A DNA stretch of 64,000 nt from Octopus vulgaris. Taxonomy: Eukaryota. Where the stretch lies: NCBI GenBank assembly GCA_951406725.2, contig OX597825.1, positions 27,280,001 through 27,344,000 on the forward strand, written 5' to 3'. Of the stretch, positions 40,625 through 55,354 are shown piece after piece; within the stretch, counting starts at the first letter, position 1, and the number at the start of each line of letters is the position of its first letter. The translations under genes were made by a program, and so were the position numbers. Below the pieces are notes generated by a model. That model searched no databases, had not been told where the DNA came from, and saw nothing but the letters and a program-made list of their open reading frames with translations.

Positions 40625-40940
40625 ATGAGTAAAAGATTCACACTTTCCACCAAATGTTGTTTGCAGCGATAAGGCTACATTAAAATGAAATGGCTCTGCT
40701 AAACCACCACAGTTGCATCTATTGGCTACCAGAGAATCTGAATATTGAGGAGGAAACAACTTGTCAATTTAGCAGCAGTCACTATATATGAAGAGGCTAA
40801 TCATGAAAAAGAGTAAATGGACAAATCATTTTTTATGGGAGAGGTTTTTTTTGGTATTTATAAAACTTTGTTGTGACATATTATCCTAAGCATTCAAGAA
40901 AGATTTTGAAATCTGGAGCTGTATTTTCAGTGAAGTGGAA
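40625..40940 (+). pseudogene. Tc1/mariner-type transposase relic
   Basis: Frameshifted remnants resembling SDEAxF.LNG..N.HNC.YW..ENP...GP.FF. Confidence 0.4.
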
Positions 40941-40952
40941 AAACGATAAACG

Positions 40953-41250
40953 TCGCTCTTTTCAAGCGTAGCCAGGCTCATGGGCCCGGTTTTCCGGTTT
41001 CTGTGGTGTATGCGTTCCCCCCTGCTGGAGTTGACGCCAGTCCATCGCAGCGTTACTCAAGAAACAGGAAGAGAGAGTGAGAGAAATTTGTGGCGAAAGA
41101 GTACAACGGGGTCGCCACCGCCCCCTGCCGGAGCCTCGTGGCCCTTTTAGGTGTTTTCGCTCAATAAACAACGCCCGGTCTGAAATTCGAAAGCACGATC
41201 CTCCGACCACGAGTTCGCTGCCCTAACCACTGGGCCATTGCGCCTCCACG
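40953..41250 (-). mobile_element. tRNA-derived SINE, head A + tail X
   Basis: Reverse strand reads GTGGAGGCGCAATGGCCCAGTGGTTAGGGCAGCG...TTCGAATT; tail GCTGCGATGGACTGGCGTC...GGCTACGCTTGAA. Confidence 0.9.
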
Positions 41251-42370
41251 CGAGATGGAACATATACAATAGTAATACAAGAGCCTACAAAGATGGGATT
41301 TTGATACACAATTAGACTGGGCGAAGCGGGACAGTAAAATGAGCTCATACTATTGAAGGTTTTTCATTTTACAAGTTATAATTTACAAGTTACACCTTAC
41401 CAAGAGTCATTTTAGAAGAATGCAAACCGATACACAATTAGATGTTTCTTGCTGTTCGTTCTTTGCGATTCTATTGCTTTTCATTAACTACGGTTTACGA
41501 CTGTTAACATCAGTTTGGAAACAGATATTCTTCAAAGTGATAAAGTCTCTCAAATTGTATCAAATTTTTGAACCGAAATATATTTTCATAAACGCTTAGA
41601 TTATAATCATTCAATGTTTGTATACGATTTTGGGGTTACCTTGTATGTATGAATATATATATATATGTGTATGTGTATGCGTGTGGTGTCTATGTATGAG
41701 TCTGTGTGTGTAAATATAAATTTGAAAATCCACATATGCGATGAATGAGTGGATTCCCATTACTGCACATACATAAGGGTTATTAGATAAAAAATAGAAT
41801 AAAATAAAACAAAACTTCTTCCAAAATACTGAAGAGATTCAGTAGTAGAAAGAGAAACGTTCTATTATTGTGTCGCTCTTCTTATAAAAATATAATGCAA
41901 TATTGAATATTTTCTTACAGAGAATATATATTCCAATGAAATTTTCCAACATTCTTCTTCTCTTCCGATGAACATTAATTGTGTCCATAAGCCATAAGCC
42001 ATCACAAAGCAAAAATAAAGGTTTTGTTTCCATATAAGTATGTATTTACACACCTATATATATATATAATATTATAATATTAGGGAGTATAATAGTGTTT
42101 TTTCTCTAAATCATATACATATATATATATATTTAAATATATAGAAGTATGTAAGTTTATGTATGTATAAAGCCGTATCTATTAAGATGTGCTTTCTGTG
42201 TTTATGTATATGTGCGTGTGTGATAATTTATAGTCCATAATATCATGCAATTATTGTATCATATACGTGTTCTATTGATATATTCATATACCATATGTTG
42301 TTTTTCTGTAAAGTCATGTAATACGCTTGTTGCTCTTTACCATACACCAAGAACATGTGTACACGCGTGC

Positions 42371-42451
<81 letters not shown>

Positions 42452-42457
42452 GATGAT

Positions 42458-43240
42458 GTCCGATGATTATGTATCTTGGATGTTGCCATAGTAACAAAGC
42501 TAAAGCACGCAGAGTAAAGTGGCTTGGGGAAGATTGACCTTGACCTCTTCTGTGCATGCGCGGTAGGTTCTAACGGTCTAGCTCCATTTTTCTGTTTACA
42601 ACAGTGCTTGGAAGGTATGTAGTATGTGGTCGTCGCATTGACCATCACAGAGCAACTTGTCATGGCGATGCCTGCTCAGATGCGGACGCAATGTTGCAGA
42701 AAGATTATGGGGAGGATTTGGGAGACCCGCGACCATCAGGACTGCGAAAATTCAGATATGCATTCAACTGTGAGAGGAAAATGTTGAATTATCTTCTGTG
42801 AGTTATCCGACATATGCAGATTAGTAACGGTTCAGTTCAGCCTATTATCGCAGAAAATTTGAGTATGAGACGTGCTTCTGCTAAGTTTATGCCAAAACTG
42901 CTTTCAGCTGATCAAAAGATAATTTGGATTTCAGTTGCAAAAATTCTCCTCGATTGTGTTAAGAACGATGAAAATTTCTTGAAAACATTGCGTAGTTCTC
43001 TGAGCAGGTATCACCAAGCTTTTGACAAAATGCGATGTAGATTCTCTGCTCAACTTACTCTGTTGTGGCTAATGCGAGGATCACACGTTCATTCCAAGCT
43101 CTGCTATAAACAGCGGGAGTGAGCTAGAACGTTAAATCTTAGTGCACATGCACAGCATATCACAATGTATGCCAAGCAGCTTTAACCTGGGTGATTTAGC
43201 GTCGTTACTCTAACCACAGTCCGGATACTTATTGATCGGA
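42458..43240 (+). mobile_element. Internally deleted mariner-like element with long (~160 bp) TIRs
   Basis: 42458-42615 is the imperfect reverse complement of 43090-43240; transposase remnant ISNGSVQPIIAENLSMRRASAKFMPKLLSADQK...NDENFLK. Confidence 0.85.
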
Positions 43241-43284
43241 ATATGTTTATGTGTATATATATTATTGTAAGATCACAAAACTTA

Positions 43285-44200
43285 TATTAAAGCGCTTCAG
43301 CCATGCAGTTGTTGTCATGCTGGAACACGAGCGTGGCCTTTCTGATTTCCTCAGAAATTCAGCTGCTCATGTCTGTACGTCATGTCGGGCTGTTGGTTCA
43401 TCTGTATAGTGGAGAGGATGATGGTGAGTTCCGTTTTGAAGACATCTCCTACCACCTTATGCAGATTTCTTAATTTTTGTGGCAGGGCATTGAAAAGTTG
43501 TGGCAATTTGAACCGTAGACTATTGCAGCAGCTGGTCATAAATTTAGAAGGTGTGGATGGTAGTTTGAGTTCAATGCAAAGGCAGCCGGTTCTGGTATTT
43601 GTATAACTCTCAATGCTGAAATTAGGAACTACCCTCTCTAGAATTTTCTATATGTAGATTATTACATATCAGTCGCGCCTTCACTCCAGAGAGTAAAGTT
43701 GTAGGTTTCTCAACCTATCTTTATAGCTCATCCGTTGCACTGTTTCAATCTTTTTAGTGTCGAGGCGTTGGACTACTTCAAGCTCCGCAGTTACTTTGGC
43801 ACTATATGGTGGCTCTGAACAAAGGTTCTCCACAGGGTCAACATAGTTTCTTCGTCTCTCGTCTTGAAGGACAACAGTATCCATCCTTCTAGTTGTCTGG
43901 ACTCTGCTGTAATCTTGGTAATGTGCATATAAAATGATGCATCATTGCACATGCTGAACCCCAAGTCTTTTACTGCCCGTGACTCTGGGACTGCAGAGCC
44001 TTCAGGTGCTGCATATACAGGTTTTAGTGCATTTAGAAGCTGATAGCGCAGTACTTGAATTCCAGAATTAAATTGCATGTTGTTTATTTCGGCCCACTTT
44101 TATATCGAATTCAGTTCCCATTGCAAGCTTCCGACGTCATCTTGATTTTTATTGCATCTGATAAATTTGTATCATCCGCATAGCCAGTGACAGTGGCTCT
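43285..44200 (-). mobile_element. Older 5'-truncated CR1-group LINE copy
   Basis: GYADDT, NNMQFNSG, VKDLG, GWILLSFKTRDEETMLTLWRTFV, SYKDRLRNLQLYSLE, CCNSLRFKLPQLFNALP; 3' motif GTGTTCCAGCATGAC...GCTGAAG. Confidence 0.88.
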
Positions 44201-44204
44201 GTCA

Positions 44205-44595
44205 TATCATCATCAACATACGAAACCAGATAGTGCAACAACTTGGATTTCAAAGGAATATCATCAATATACGAAACCAGATAGTGCAACAGCTTGGATT
44301 TCAAAGGAATACAGGTTTTCAATATCTTCCCAAAATGCCAAAGACCTATATATGGCGGATATTTATGGTGGATATTTATGGGAGATATTTATGTCTTCAA
44401 AAGAAGACCGTATCCCCTTCTATCAAGAGTTCCAGATGAACCTACCGCGCAGCAGAAACGAAAGTGAGCAGCAACATCAAACTTCCTCAGTAAACAAATG
44501 TTACGTATCAGAGGATGTTTCAAGGGGTGAAAGTTTAGGAAAGGTGGCGCCAATGCTCCAGCACTGCCACAGCTGCTTTCGAGGTGAACTAATAA

Positions 44596-44600
<5 letters not shown>
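44205..44600 (+). mobile_element. Short 3' fragment of a CR1-group LINE ending in (AT)n, with an internal ~51 bp tandem duplication
   Basis: GTGCAACAGCTTGGATTTC...CCAGATGAACCTACC...GCAGCAACATCAAAC...CGTATCAGAGG...TGCTCCAGCACTGCCACAGCT, collinear with 27720-28030. Confidence 0.8.
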
Positions 44601-44651
<51 letters not shown>

Positions 44652-45829
44652 TGCGAGGGAAAGAGAGAGAGAGAGATTGACTAGCAGAAAAACATGTAGA
44701 AAGACAAGCTGAAGCTGAAGTAAGACCAATCCCTAGGAAGGTAATTATTCAATTCCTCAGAAGACGAATGCTGGTCGCTCGAACGCATTCCATATCTTAT
44801 ATGAATTTCCGCATGCCAACTTATGTTAGAAAGTACAAGGTACATGAAATTGTATAATGCAGAACATTACATATAACTTCACTGTGTAGCATGACATGAA
44901 CTGCAATATGTTCGAAAATTGTAGGAAGTTATCATCAACAAAATGGTCTCACAATGCGCTGTGTACCTATTTTTATATGTCCGTAGGTCACTGTTTTGTA
45001 TATTTAAAGTCTGAGATGTGTGTAATACGAACCGATGTGTTTACCGACGATATGTCCCTGATCGTGTTATTCAGAATTACATATTTCCAGTAATGCCAAG
45101 CAAGAAGATATGCAGGTATGTTGATGAGGATTCATTGATATAATGTAATTAATTGCTTGTGGTCTTTATTTGTTTTTGGGGTGGGGTGACACCTTATTCC
45201 GTGCAACATCGGATAGATATATGCAAACATTACATGCTCACATTCATACAAATGCATACACACACACACACACATGACGCAACGGTCATCTCTATTCAAT
45301 TGAACATATATAATGTAGCAGAGAGAGTTCAATATATAAATATACAAATCTTACTGACATTGATACATGTATTCTGTCTGTTTGCATTCGTAAATATATG
45401 CAATTGTTTATTCCCGTTCCTAACAAGAGAAAATATTTGCTACAGGAAAATAACTGTAGATATTCACTACCCAACGCATATACATTCATGAATCATGCTT
45501 TTATATCTCTGTACCTGTGTTTTGATGAAAATTTACCAAAGGTGTTCCCGCCGAAATGGGATAAACCGTTGTATATAAGCGTCACCACAGGAAAAAAAGA
45601 CAAATGAGAAGATTCAGTGTCCAACGATCATTGTCCTACCCACACTTAAAACACCAAACTGAACATAGCAGCACTTCCATCACACCACACAGTACTACAC
45701 AAAAAAGAAAAAAAAACTGCAGGAAACACCAAAGATCACAACAACACAAAGTGCACAAATCTACAACTAATTCTATGCTGTTAACAAATATATCAATGTT
45801 TTAATGGATAACATACTTCTTTCTTCTTT

Positions 45830-46125
45830 GGGCCCCTTCGAAGCCTAGCCAAGCTCATGGGCCCGGTTTCTGTGGCGTATGTGTTCCCCGCAGCTGGTCG
45901 GGACGCCAGTCCATCGCAGCGTTACTCAAGAAACAGGACGAAAGAGTGAGAGAAATTTGAGGCGAAAGAGTACCACAGAGGTCGCTACCACCCCCTGACG
46001 GAGCCTCGTGGATCTATTGGTGTTTTCGCTCAATAAACACACACAACGCCCGGTCTGGGAATTGAAACCGCTATCCTCCGACCGCGAGTCTACTGCCCTA
46101 ACCACTGGGCAATTGCGCTTTCACA
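45830..46125 (-). mobile_element. tRNA-derived SINE, head A + tail X
   Basis: Closely matches 40953-41250. Confidence 0.9.
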
Positions 46126-47139
46126 ATTGAGAACCTATACCAATATCTATTTGAAAATAGCAAAAGGGTAGCAGAAAGGGAAGGTTTATCCCAATGCCAA
46201 ATTAGTATTGGCACTAACGTTCTTGCATTTATGCAACAGCCACTCATAGGAACGCCTAAAGATTAACTTCTCAAATGATATTAGACATTCTTATAAAAGG
46301 GTAAACAAAATATTCCGAGACCAGCTAGTATGAAGATAAACGGCCCAGTTTCGCGTTGGATATAAGTGCAATACTGAATGAATTCCTATCTCAGTGTAAA
46401 TTTATGATAGCACTCAGCAAAAATAGGATTCTCAAAATGCGTATACCGGCGTCCATTTTTACTATAAACAGGTATAAATATCCCTTAGGCACCCTGCTTT
46501 GCATGGACGAGTTTCGGTGGTTTTCTAGAATGGCAAACTCCTACTGTCTTGCTACTGTAATAAGATAGAAGCAACATTTCAACATCACAGAACTACAAGT
46601 GTTTTGCTGATGAATGAATAGCAAACATTTATTATTGCTGTAGCTTATGTTGATGTTGGGTCTTACAGCAAATATTTCTCAAGGTAACTTCTATTTATTT
46701 ATACCTGTTACATTTGTTCTATAATTTATCGAAATTACTTTAAGGGTTTCTTCACAGGTTTCTTTGTTGTACTTGTCTCCAAAACTGAGATTCCTTTTAC
46801 CGTAGCTACAGTGGCCATTGCGTATAACTACAAGAGGTGATGTTAAGGGGGAGCAGTGGTGTATGATATTATACGAGCGATGGATATGAATGAAGAGAGG
46901 TGATGAGCATTATCAACCTTGGTAATAAGAGTGTATGACTATATTAGTGATGAATTTAATTATGGAAAATATCAACGATTTCTCATTCAGATTCATGAGA
47001 AGGCTAACAAGAAGAGCTCTACAAAATTCATATCGAACAGACATTAAAATGTTTTCTACCTGCATCATTACAATTCCTGAAAACCTGTCATTATGTAGAG
47101 GCTACTATAAAAATTAAGTCTATACACAGTCTGTTGATT

Positions 47140-47636
47140 GTGGAGGCGCAATGGCTTTGTGGTTAGGGCAGCGGACTCGCTGTCGTAGGATCGCGGTTTC
47201 GATTCCCAGACCAGGAATTGTGAGTGTTTATTGAGCAAAAACACCTAAAGTTCCACGGGGTTCCAGCAGGGGATTGTGGCGAACCCTGCTGTACTCTTTC
47301 ACCACAATTTTCTCTCACTCTTTCTTTCTGTTTCTGTTGTACCTGTATTTCAAAGGCCAGCCTTGTCACACTCTGTGTCACGCTGAATCTCCCCGAGAAC
47401 TACGTTAAGTGTACGTGTCTGTGAAATGCTCAACCACTTGCATGTTAATAAACGAGCCGCAACGTCACTGGCGCGAAGCTGTATCGGCCTTTGCCTTTCC
47501 TTTGGATAACATCGGTGGCGTGGAGAGATATGCGTGGGCGACTGCTGGACTTCCATAAACAATCTTGCCCGGACTTGTGCCTCGGAGGGTAACTTTCTAG
47601 GTACAATCCCATGGTTATTCATGACCCAAGGGGGTC
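47140..47636 (+). mobile_element. tRNA-derived SINE, head A + extra middle + tail Y
   Basis: Head as in 40953 and 45830; 47460-47636 matches the tail of 55355-55555. Confidence 0.85.
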
Positions 47637-47720
47637 ACAACACAGTCTGTTGATTACAATTGAAGTTGCTGATAAGGAGCTACTTCCATCACACACAATA
47701 CACACACACACACACACACA

Positions 47721-47767
<47 letters not shown>

Positions 47768-47929
47768 TCTCTCTCTCTCTCTGTCCCGCTCACACAAACA
47801 CACACACACGTACATGCTCACATACACACACGTACATGCTCACACACACACACGTACATGCTCACACACACACACTAAGGCATTGCAATCGCAAACGCTC
47901 AAACCTTTTAGAAGTTATAGTGTATGTCA

Positions 47930-48130
47930 AATAGCACGATCATTAGAACTTAAAACAACACTTTTCGGCGTTTCCTGCAGCAGCTCTTTATATTCTAAGT
48001 TTCAACCCCGCCGTAGTCAACATTGCCATTCATCCTTCCAGGGTTGGTAAAATAAAATCCCAATAAAGTAACCAAGTTGTAATCGACACAACCTTTCCCC
48101 TAAAATCGGTGTCTATATTTTAACATTTGA
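47930..48130 (+). mobile_element. Degenerate family M SINE
   Basis: CGCCGTAGTCAACATTGCCATTCATCCTTCCAGGGTTGGTAAAAT...GTAATCGAC. Confidence 0.5.
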
Positions 48131-51100
48131 ATTCATTGTCATAGATTCTTCATTATTTCGTAGAATCGATAACACGATCAAGTAAAGGAATTTACTTCAT
48201 TTACGATTTGAAGTCAAAACTCATCGGGGTTGTGTTCTCTTTCCTTTATTCTATGATAAACAAAGCACTGGACAACAGAGCATCAGATAGACCTCTTAGT
48301 GATTATTTGTGTTTGAATTTAATTATTAAATTACGAATATCACAGAACATTGACAACCTCATTTGAAATATACTCAAGTGAATCTCTTTCCATTTCTTTC
48401 TCCTTCGCTCTCTTATTTCATATGATGTCCTTGCAGAAATTGAGGAACATATGAAAAATTAAGAGCCTACCAGGTTATTTAATTTTCTCTGCTAATCTCT
48501 AGTTCACCCGTGATTACACTTAGCACAGATTCTTTGAACATAAATCAAAGGGTTTGTTTCCCGTGTTAACAGGATATATACACGAAGTTTTCGGCCACTG
48601 AAACACATGTCCAATGGGCAAAAACTCCTCGGACACTTGTATGACCTTCTACAGGACTATCCATCTACTATTAGACACATGGGTGCAACCTTTGTTTGCC
48701 ACTGGTTCCTCACACCAGGGTAGACATTGGAATAGTTGCAACTAAGGGATAACTTAATGTATACCCAACACTTGAACTTCAAGCCTCATACTCCTCTAAG
48801 CAGCAGTTCTTCTATCTGAAGTACACAAGTAAAACATCGTTGACAATTTTGTCCAGCTTATGCAGATTTGAGCGCTAAATGATTCTACTTATAACTCAAT
48901 CATCGTCCTTGTAGCTACATGGTAATTAAAACAGCACAATCTAGAGTTCTCAATTTATGTTAAAGGCAGAACGATGCAGTGTGAAGGAAATATCTGGGAC
49001 GGAGTGACTGTCCACTTTAAGATACCTCGTGTCTTTGTCTCTAAAGATATACGCGTTTTATCGTGGGTAGATTAAAATATATATAAAAATGGCAATCGAT
49101 ATTGTACTGTAGAAAAGAGTGGTTTTAATTTTAGGGTTTAATTTTTGTTGTTATAGTCAGTTTTTATTTTTTGAAATAAAACAACTAAACAGAGATCTGC
49201 TTCCTCTGTATAATTCAACTTTTAAAAAAGTATTGCCAGTGAAGCTTATGGTGCATTTGAACTGCCCCAGAGTTTTTCCAAATTGGTTATAAAATATGTT
49301 ACTCGAAACAGCCACAACTTCTGATAGCTTCAGAGATATAACACTTTTCGTATTAACGGAAACATTTATTTACAGAACTTTCAAATCTTTACATTAATAA
49401 ATGACATCTAAAATAAATACCGAGACTTGTAAGGAATCAAATAAAATAGCAAAAATTTAATTTATTTGAAATTCGATATAGGAAAAGAAAGGAAGACAAA
49501 CAAATCTAGGCATAACATTTTCAGATTTTTAACTAGAAATTAATTAATGCCACCTGCTCAATGTTTCACACTTTGTATTTCAACATTAAGCTAATAAAAG
49601 ATTTCAGGCAAGCCAGTATTCTTGGATTTCAATTTCACAGTAACTTAATTTAAAAGGATTACCATCATTGAAGTTTATTTTGTTGCCAAAGTGACAAGCT
49701 GCTAATCAAATAGACTATTGGAAGAAACTTGATTTTTCTAGATTTTTTTCTTTTTTCTTTCTTTGCAGTTAGTTATTCATCAACATACACTAAATCTGTT
49801 TAAACAGTATGGATGTTTGCCAGTTTATCTCTCTCATTAGATTCAACACTCTCCTTCCGATTTCCATTTCCCTCTCTTTCTGACCATTCTCTCCCTGCCT
49901 CTCATCTCCTTTCTCTCAGTTTGTGTCTCTATATTTTCACGCATATCGTTGCTACTGCCACCTCCAACTTCTGTTCTCACTCGTTATTGCTTTTTTGCTT
50001 CTCGTTACCTCGCTTTTGAAATCATTTCTTAACGTTTTATTAATATTATTTTATTATTTTTGCAATTGCTTTCATCTATCATGAAATCTCTTGTCAAGCA
50101 ATAGATTTTTGATTGATAGTTTCCAATTTAACAGAAAATTATAACTTCCTTATATCAGTAATTTTATATACTGTTAAATTAAAATTGCATTACATTCAAA
50201 TTTCTTTGACTTAACAGCTTCAAAATAAATTGATATCCCAATTGGAAGTAAGCAAACTATTGAGTTGATGGTTTAACTTTAATCAAATTGTGAGGTCTCT
50301 ATCTACCGACTTCATCAATCATTTCATTCTACAAATATATTTTCAACCAAAACGAAGAGGAGGAAAGCGAAAACTACAAAGTTTAACAAATACAGAATGA
50401 TGTCGTAAAAACATTAAAAATAATAATAATAATAATAATCGTTATATAAATAACAATGTTGGTAATAACAGTTATAGTTTGATTAGATAAAAAAATAAAT
50501 ATTAAGTGTTGTCACACTTTTATCATTAGTTTCAATATGAATGATTACAAACAAATCTATCAAGAGAAAAAGTATTAAGATATTTCCCTCTCTCTCGCTT
50601 TTTATCGCCATTTCTTTCCAGAACATCCTCCCTCTTGCTCCCCCCCCCCCGTGTTTCAATAAGTAGTCTTGTAATATCAGCGTACTTAAATTAGTTTCAA
50701 ATGATACATACCGTATTATTTTAAATATTTTTAAAACCGATATATTACTTGTTGCGTATGCTATACTTTTAGCATTCAACATACAGGCGGGCAAACATTT
50801 TCCTTTTCATTTATGTATATGAAGTAGGGTTTCTTCTTGTGTGTCTATAAGTACTCTCAGAAGCTAATATGCCCCCCTTCCAATACCACACTAAATCTTT
50901 CAAAGAAATATTGGAATATAAGTGGCTTTCGAGATGCAGTAGAAAATCATAATATACTGCTATTTTAACGATGCAGTTTGAAAAAATACGTGACATACAA
51001 ACAAAACTTTTACTTTTCTTTTATTTATATATATTCAAATAGAATGAAATGAAAAAGGACAGGTAAACAAGCACACTTCTGTTTTCAGGAAAAGGAAGGA

Positions 51101-51189
51101 GAGAAACGAACTTATCCCAGATTTCGCCAACCAAATTCTCGCATAAAGCTTTTGTTGGTGCAGTGATAGAGTAGAAACACTTGCCTGTG

Positions 51190-51598
51190 ACAATTTGCGT
51201 AAGAAAATTTGTTGGGCATGCTAACAGTTTATCAGAAATATTGAAGAATGTTTCGCCTGAAAGAACATTAGGCCTACCGCTTCTTGCTGCGTCTTCCACT
51301 GCGCCTGCGATTCTAAATTTTCTTATCAAATGCCGCACAGTGTAACGATGTGGAAGAACAGGATTTGGAAAGTTTTCACTGAAATTCGTTTTCTCAATAT
51401 CTGTGTATTTGTTTGCAGCTCAAACACCCATTCAACTAAAAACGTACGTTCTTCAATGGTTAGCATGTCGACACGCTGAAGAGTACACAATGACTGAGGA
51501 ACAATGGCTGACACCCGTCCGCTCACTCACTGATAGACAAGTTGCGCATGCGAAGGATGAAAACATTCACTGCAGAGAAACTTTTTGAACACACTGTA
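51190..51598 (-). mobile_element. 5' end of a Tc1/mariner-type element (HTH region of transposase)
   Basis: Terminus TACAGTGTGTTCAAAAAGT; MLTIEERTFLVE...; RHLIRKFRIAGAVEDAARSGRP. Confidence 0.7.
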
Positions 51599-51622
51599 TA
51601 TTTGAAAAGCCATCTCAATTTT

Positions 51623-51670
<48 letters not shown>

Positions 51671-51834
51671 CATACATACAGGTGCACACACACACACATA
51701 CATTAATCTTCACCATATAGCGGTTCACCTGTCGTTATTTATTCTTTAACCTTATGCCGATTCGTCCGTGGAATTGTTTTGCATTTTAAATAAAATAGAT
51801 TTATACAAATTATGAAAATAAAAAATATATGCAA

Positions 51835-51999
51835 GCGAAGGAGTGGCTATGTAGTAAGAAGCATGCTTCCCAACCACATGTTTCCGGGTTCAGTCCCACT
51901 GTGTGGTACCTTCAGCAATAGACTTCTACCGTAGCCTCGGACCGCACAAACAATGTCTTGTGGGTGGATTTGGTAGACAGAAACTGAAAGAATCCCGTC

Positions 52000-52088
<89 letters not shown>

Positions 52089-52325
52089 TGTTTGTATTTA
52101 TGTGTGTGCGTGTTTGTGTCTGTGTATGTCCCCTTAACTGTCGCTTGACAACCGATGCCGGTGTGTTTATTTACCTATTACTTAACCTTTCGGGAGAAGA
52201 GACCGATAGAATACGTACCAAGCTTACAAAGAATACGTCTTGGGGTCTATTTCTTCGATTAAAAAGCAGTGCTACAGCATGGCCATAATCAAATGACTGA
52301 AACAGATAAAAGAGTAAAAGAATAC
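51835..52325 (+). mobile_element. Family C SINE: tRNA head, CORE-like body, internal (AT)n(GT)n, CR1-like 3' tail
   Basis: Box A-like TGGCTATGTAGTAAG, box B-like GGTTCAGTCC; tail GCAGTGCTACAGCATGGCCA...GACTGAAAC. Confidence 0.85.
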
Positions 52326-54189
52326 AGTAATGTTTCTACTTCGCGAAATTTCAGGTATCGCGGCGGGTTTTGGGACGAAACAACCGCAATACTCGAGGGA
52401 TTTAATGCTTGTGTGTGTATACATGCACACATGCACACAAACTCACAAGCACACAGACAAACAAAAACACACTCACGCACATATATCGAGAGTAGGAATG
52501 GTTTGGGCCACGAATGATCTAAACTAACAGTTATGATGTTTGAGTGCTCCAATAGATAAGCTACTAGGAACGTAGTTGAAAACTAGGGCTGGAGTTAACG
52601 ATCTGTAAACTACTTCCGAATCAGTGGGTATAAATTACAGGGAGTGGAAAACAAAGACAAGTAGAACAAGCTTATCAGAACATTTAAGTCATTTTAATGG
52701 TAAATCGAAGACAATATGAACAAAACAAGAACGTATCAACATCAAAATAATGCAGCATCGTTACATCCCCGTCAATAATTATAACGCTGTGAGACGTTAT
52801 AGATATTGCAATGGGATATACTCGATGGGGTTGTAAGGGTAATGTATTTTATACAACTATTGTACCCATTTTGTCCTCCTGAAGTGGTCAGTATATCGTA
52901 AAGTATGTTTCTGCATATTTCCATAGTCTTTGCGAAATTGGGAATATAGTATAAAGAAAACTAGGTAGAAACAAAAGAAATTTCTAGATCACGTATGAAA
53001 TCCCTGTCTAAAAACGAATAAAGTTTAATCGTACTAAGACAAACGCTTCATAAACACATTCAGTTGCCCTTTTTAAAATAATCCTTATATGTTCTATACG
53101 ATTTAATGAACATTTGAACAGAATATTACGGGCATTTTGCTATTCCAGGTCTGATCGTCTCGTAATTCCCACATGTGAGAATTGAATCAACATTCTGAGT
53201 TATGTTAGGCAGAAACTAATTATATGAATGTTGCTAATCATCCAAGTAAAATTAGATTAATAAACTAGATCGCGAAGTATGCTGGTGGGAACAAGGGATA
53301 CATAGAAGTATAACGTATTTCGTGATAAGAAACTTATAGTGATGCTGACTGCAATAACAATAACATTATATGCTTGCAAAATAAATTAGCCAAATAGAAG
53401 AGAAGCTAGCAAGCAACAATACGCTCTGAAATACTCGATCCTAGAGTGTACACTATGTTAAAATAAGAGAATATTTCAAAATATTCTCTTACATTATATT
53501 CAAAATCTGTAAAAAAAAACCATCATGCATTATATGATATATCACGGTCTATTCATATGTTAAATTACTGAATGTCAGAAGTGCTCAACCGAGGAAAACA
53601 CATTGGAAAACAAAGAGAGATAAATCTATGGCGCACAGCAATAATTCGATCGACCAATGTTTTAAAGTGTTCAAACCGGACAGAGCCGAGAAAATAAAAT
53701 TAGAAAACGCAAAAGGAAATAATCCAATTCTATATCACTTATCAAAAAGGATATTTTTTACAAATATCGTAAATCGTAATCTTTATTTTCTTCCTGTAGG
53801 GAAAAGAATGTAAGTATGAGTGCGTCTATGTTTACATTTGAATATATTTAAGTTTACCAGCAATATTGTGGAATTTGATAAGGTTTCCTTATTTACAAAA
53901 TTTCTTCGAATTGGTCTCTGTGATATCAGGAGCACTGGATACACAATTACTGACACGTAGCATTTCTCTTTAAAGATGATTTTTTATAGCTAACTTCATA
54001 CATAAATACACACAGATACAGAGTGGTACAAGCAAACACTCACACACACAAATACACGCGCGCACACATTCACACTGGCTAAGGCAGTCAAGCACGACGG
54101 CATTGTCAAGAAATTTGGTGGGTGGATGAATGCTATAGCTAGCCAACAGAGGTCTCATACGCTATAGGGGTTCAATTCAGTACTATAAA

Positions 54190-54346
54190 CTACCCTCCAA
54201 CCACATTGTTCCGGGCTCAGTCCCACAGCATGACACCTTGGGAAATTGTCTTTTACTATAGCCTTGGGCCGACGAAGGCCTTGTGTGGAGACTGAAAACT
54301 GAAAGAAGCCTGTCGTACATATGCGAGTGTGTGTGTTGTGTGTATG

Positions 54347-54391
<45 letters not shown>

Positions 54392-54422
54392 TGTATGTAT
54401 GTATATATATATATATACAATG

Positions 54423-54476
<54 letters not shown>

Positions 54477-54690
54477 CATATTTGTGTGCGTGCCTGTATA
54501 TTTCCCCACCAACGCTTGACATCCCATTCTGGTGTGTTTATGTCCCCGTAACTGAGCGGTTCGACATTGTTAAAATATGTACTTAGGCTTACAAAGAATA
54601 CGTCAAGGGGTTGATTTCTTCGACTAAAACACCTTCAATGCGGTGCTCCAGCATGGCCGCAATCATAAGCCTGAAACAAGTAAAAGAATG
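54190..54690 (+). mobile_element. Family C SINE copy
   Basis: GACACCTTGGGAAATTGTCTTTTACTATAGCC (CORE-like), internal (AT)n, tail GCGGTGCTCCAGCATGGCCGC...CCTGAAAC. Confidence 0.85.
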
Positions 54691-55354
54691 TAGATATGAA
54701 AGACTACAAATGTACATATGTATACAAACGTGTGTATATGTGTGGGTGTGTGTCTTGATATGTACGTATGGACGTTCATAAAATTATGTCGCTTTTATAG
54801 CTAGTTTTGTGTTATAATAATTATGCACATAGTTACTGATAAGCTGCTCTTTTCTTCAATAATTTTAACCACTGCGTTCTATTCATAGTACTTGGTTCTT
54901 TTGAAATTAAGAGTGCATATATTTCTGTGAGCTTATCTACGTGTATGCACATTTGCATTTGCAAAAGTGTATTTTCATAGATTTCTTTAATTTAATGCAT
55001 ATACGTTGAATTCATTCAAATTTCTATGGTTAGTGAAACTGTCAAGACAGTTCTTTTTATAGTCTACTTAATATATTTTGTTGATCGTTAAAACCGAAAG
55101 AATTTAAAACAAATCCATAGTATTAAAAACACTTCCAAAATATTGCATATTTCTTGATTTGTGTTTGGTTACTTTCATGAAAAGTTATGTACTTGCCCAG
55201 ACATGTGAGGAGACATGATAAATCTCACCATGTGAGATGCATGAAATAATCAGTTGGATGCCACCACTCCTAACGGACGATGAATGAGTCTTGCTGACGG
55301 TCAAGAGAGAAAAGTAGTTTCGTGCGACAATGAAGCTAATTGAATTGAATCAAT

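Noticed and set aside
42482-42495. Perfect RFX X-box GTTGCCATAGTAAC
   Set aside because: Lies inside a mariner TIR, so not evidence of a host promoter by itself.
46748-46840. Possible small exon (TTCACAG ... AG|GTGATG)
   Set aside because: Weak donor, unrecognisable peptide, no partner exons.
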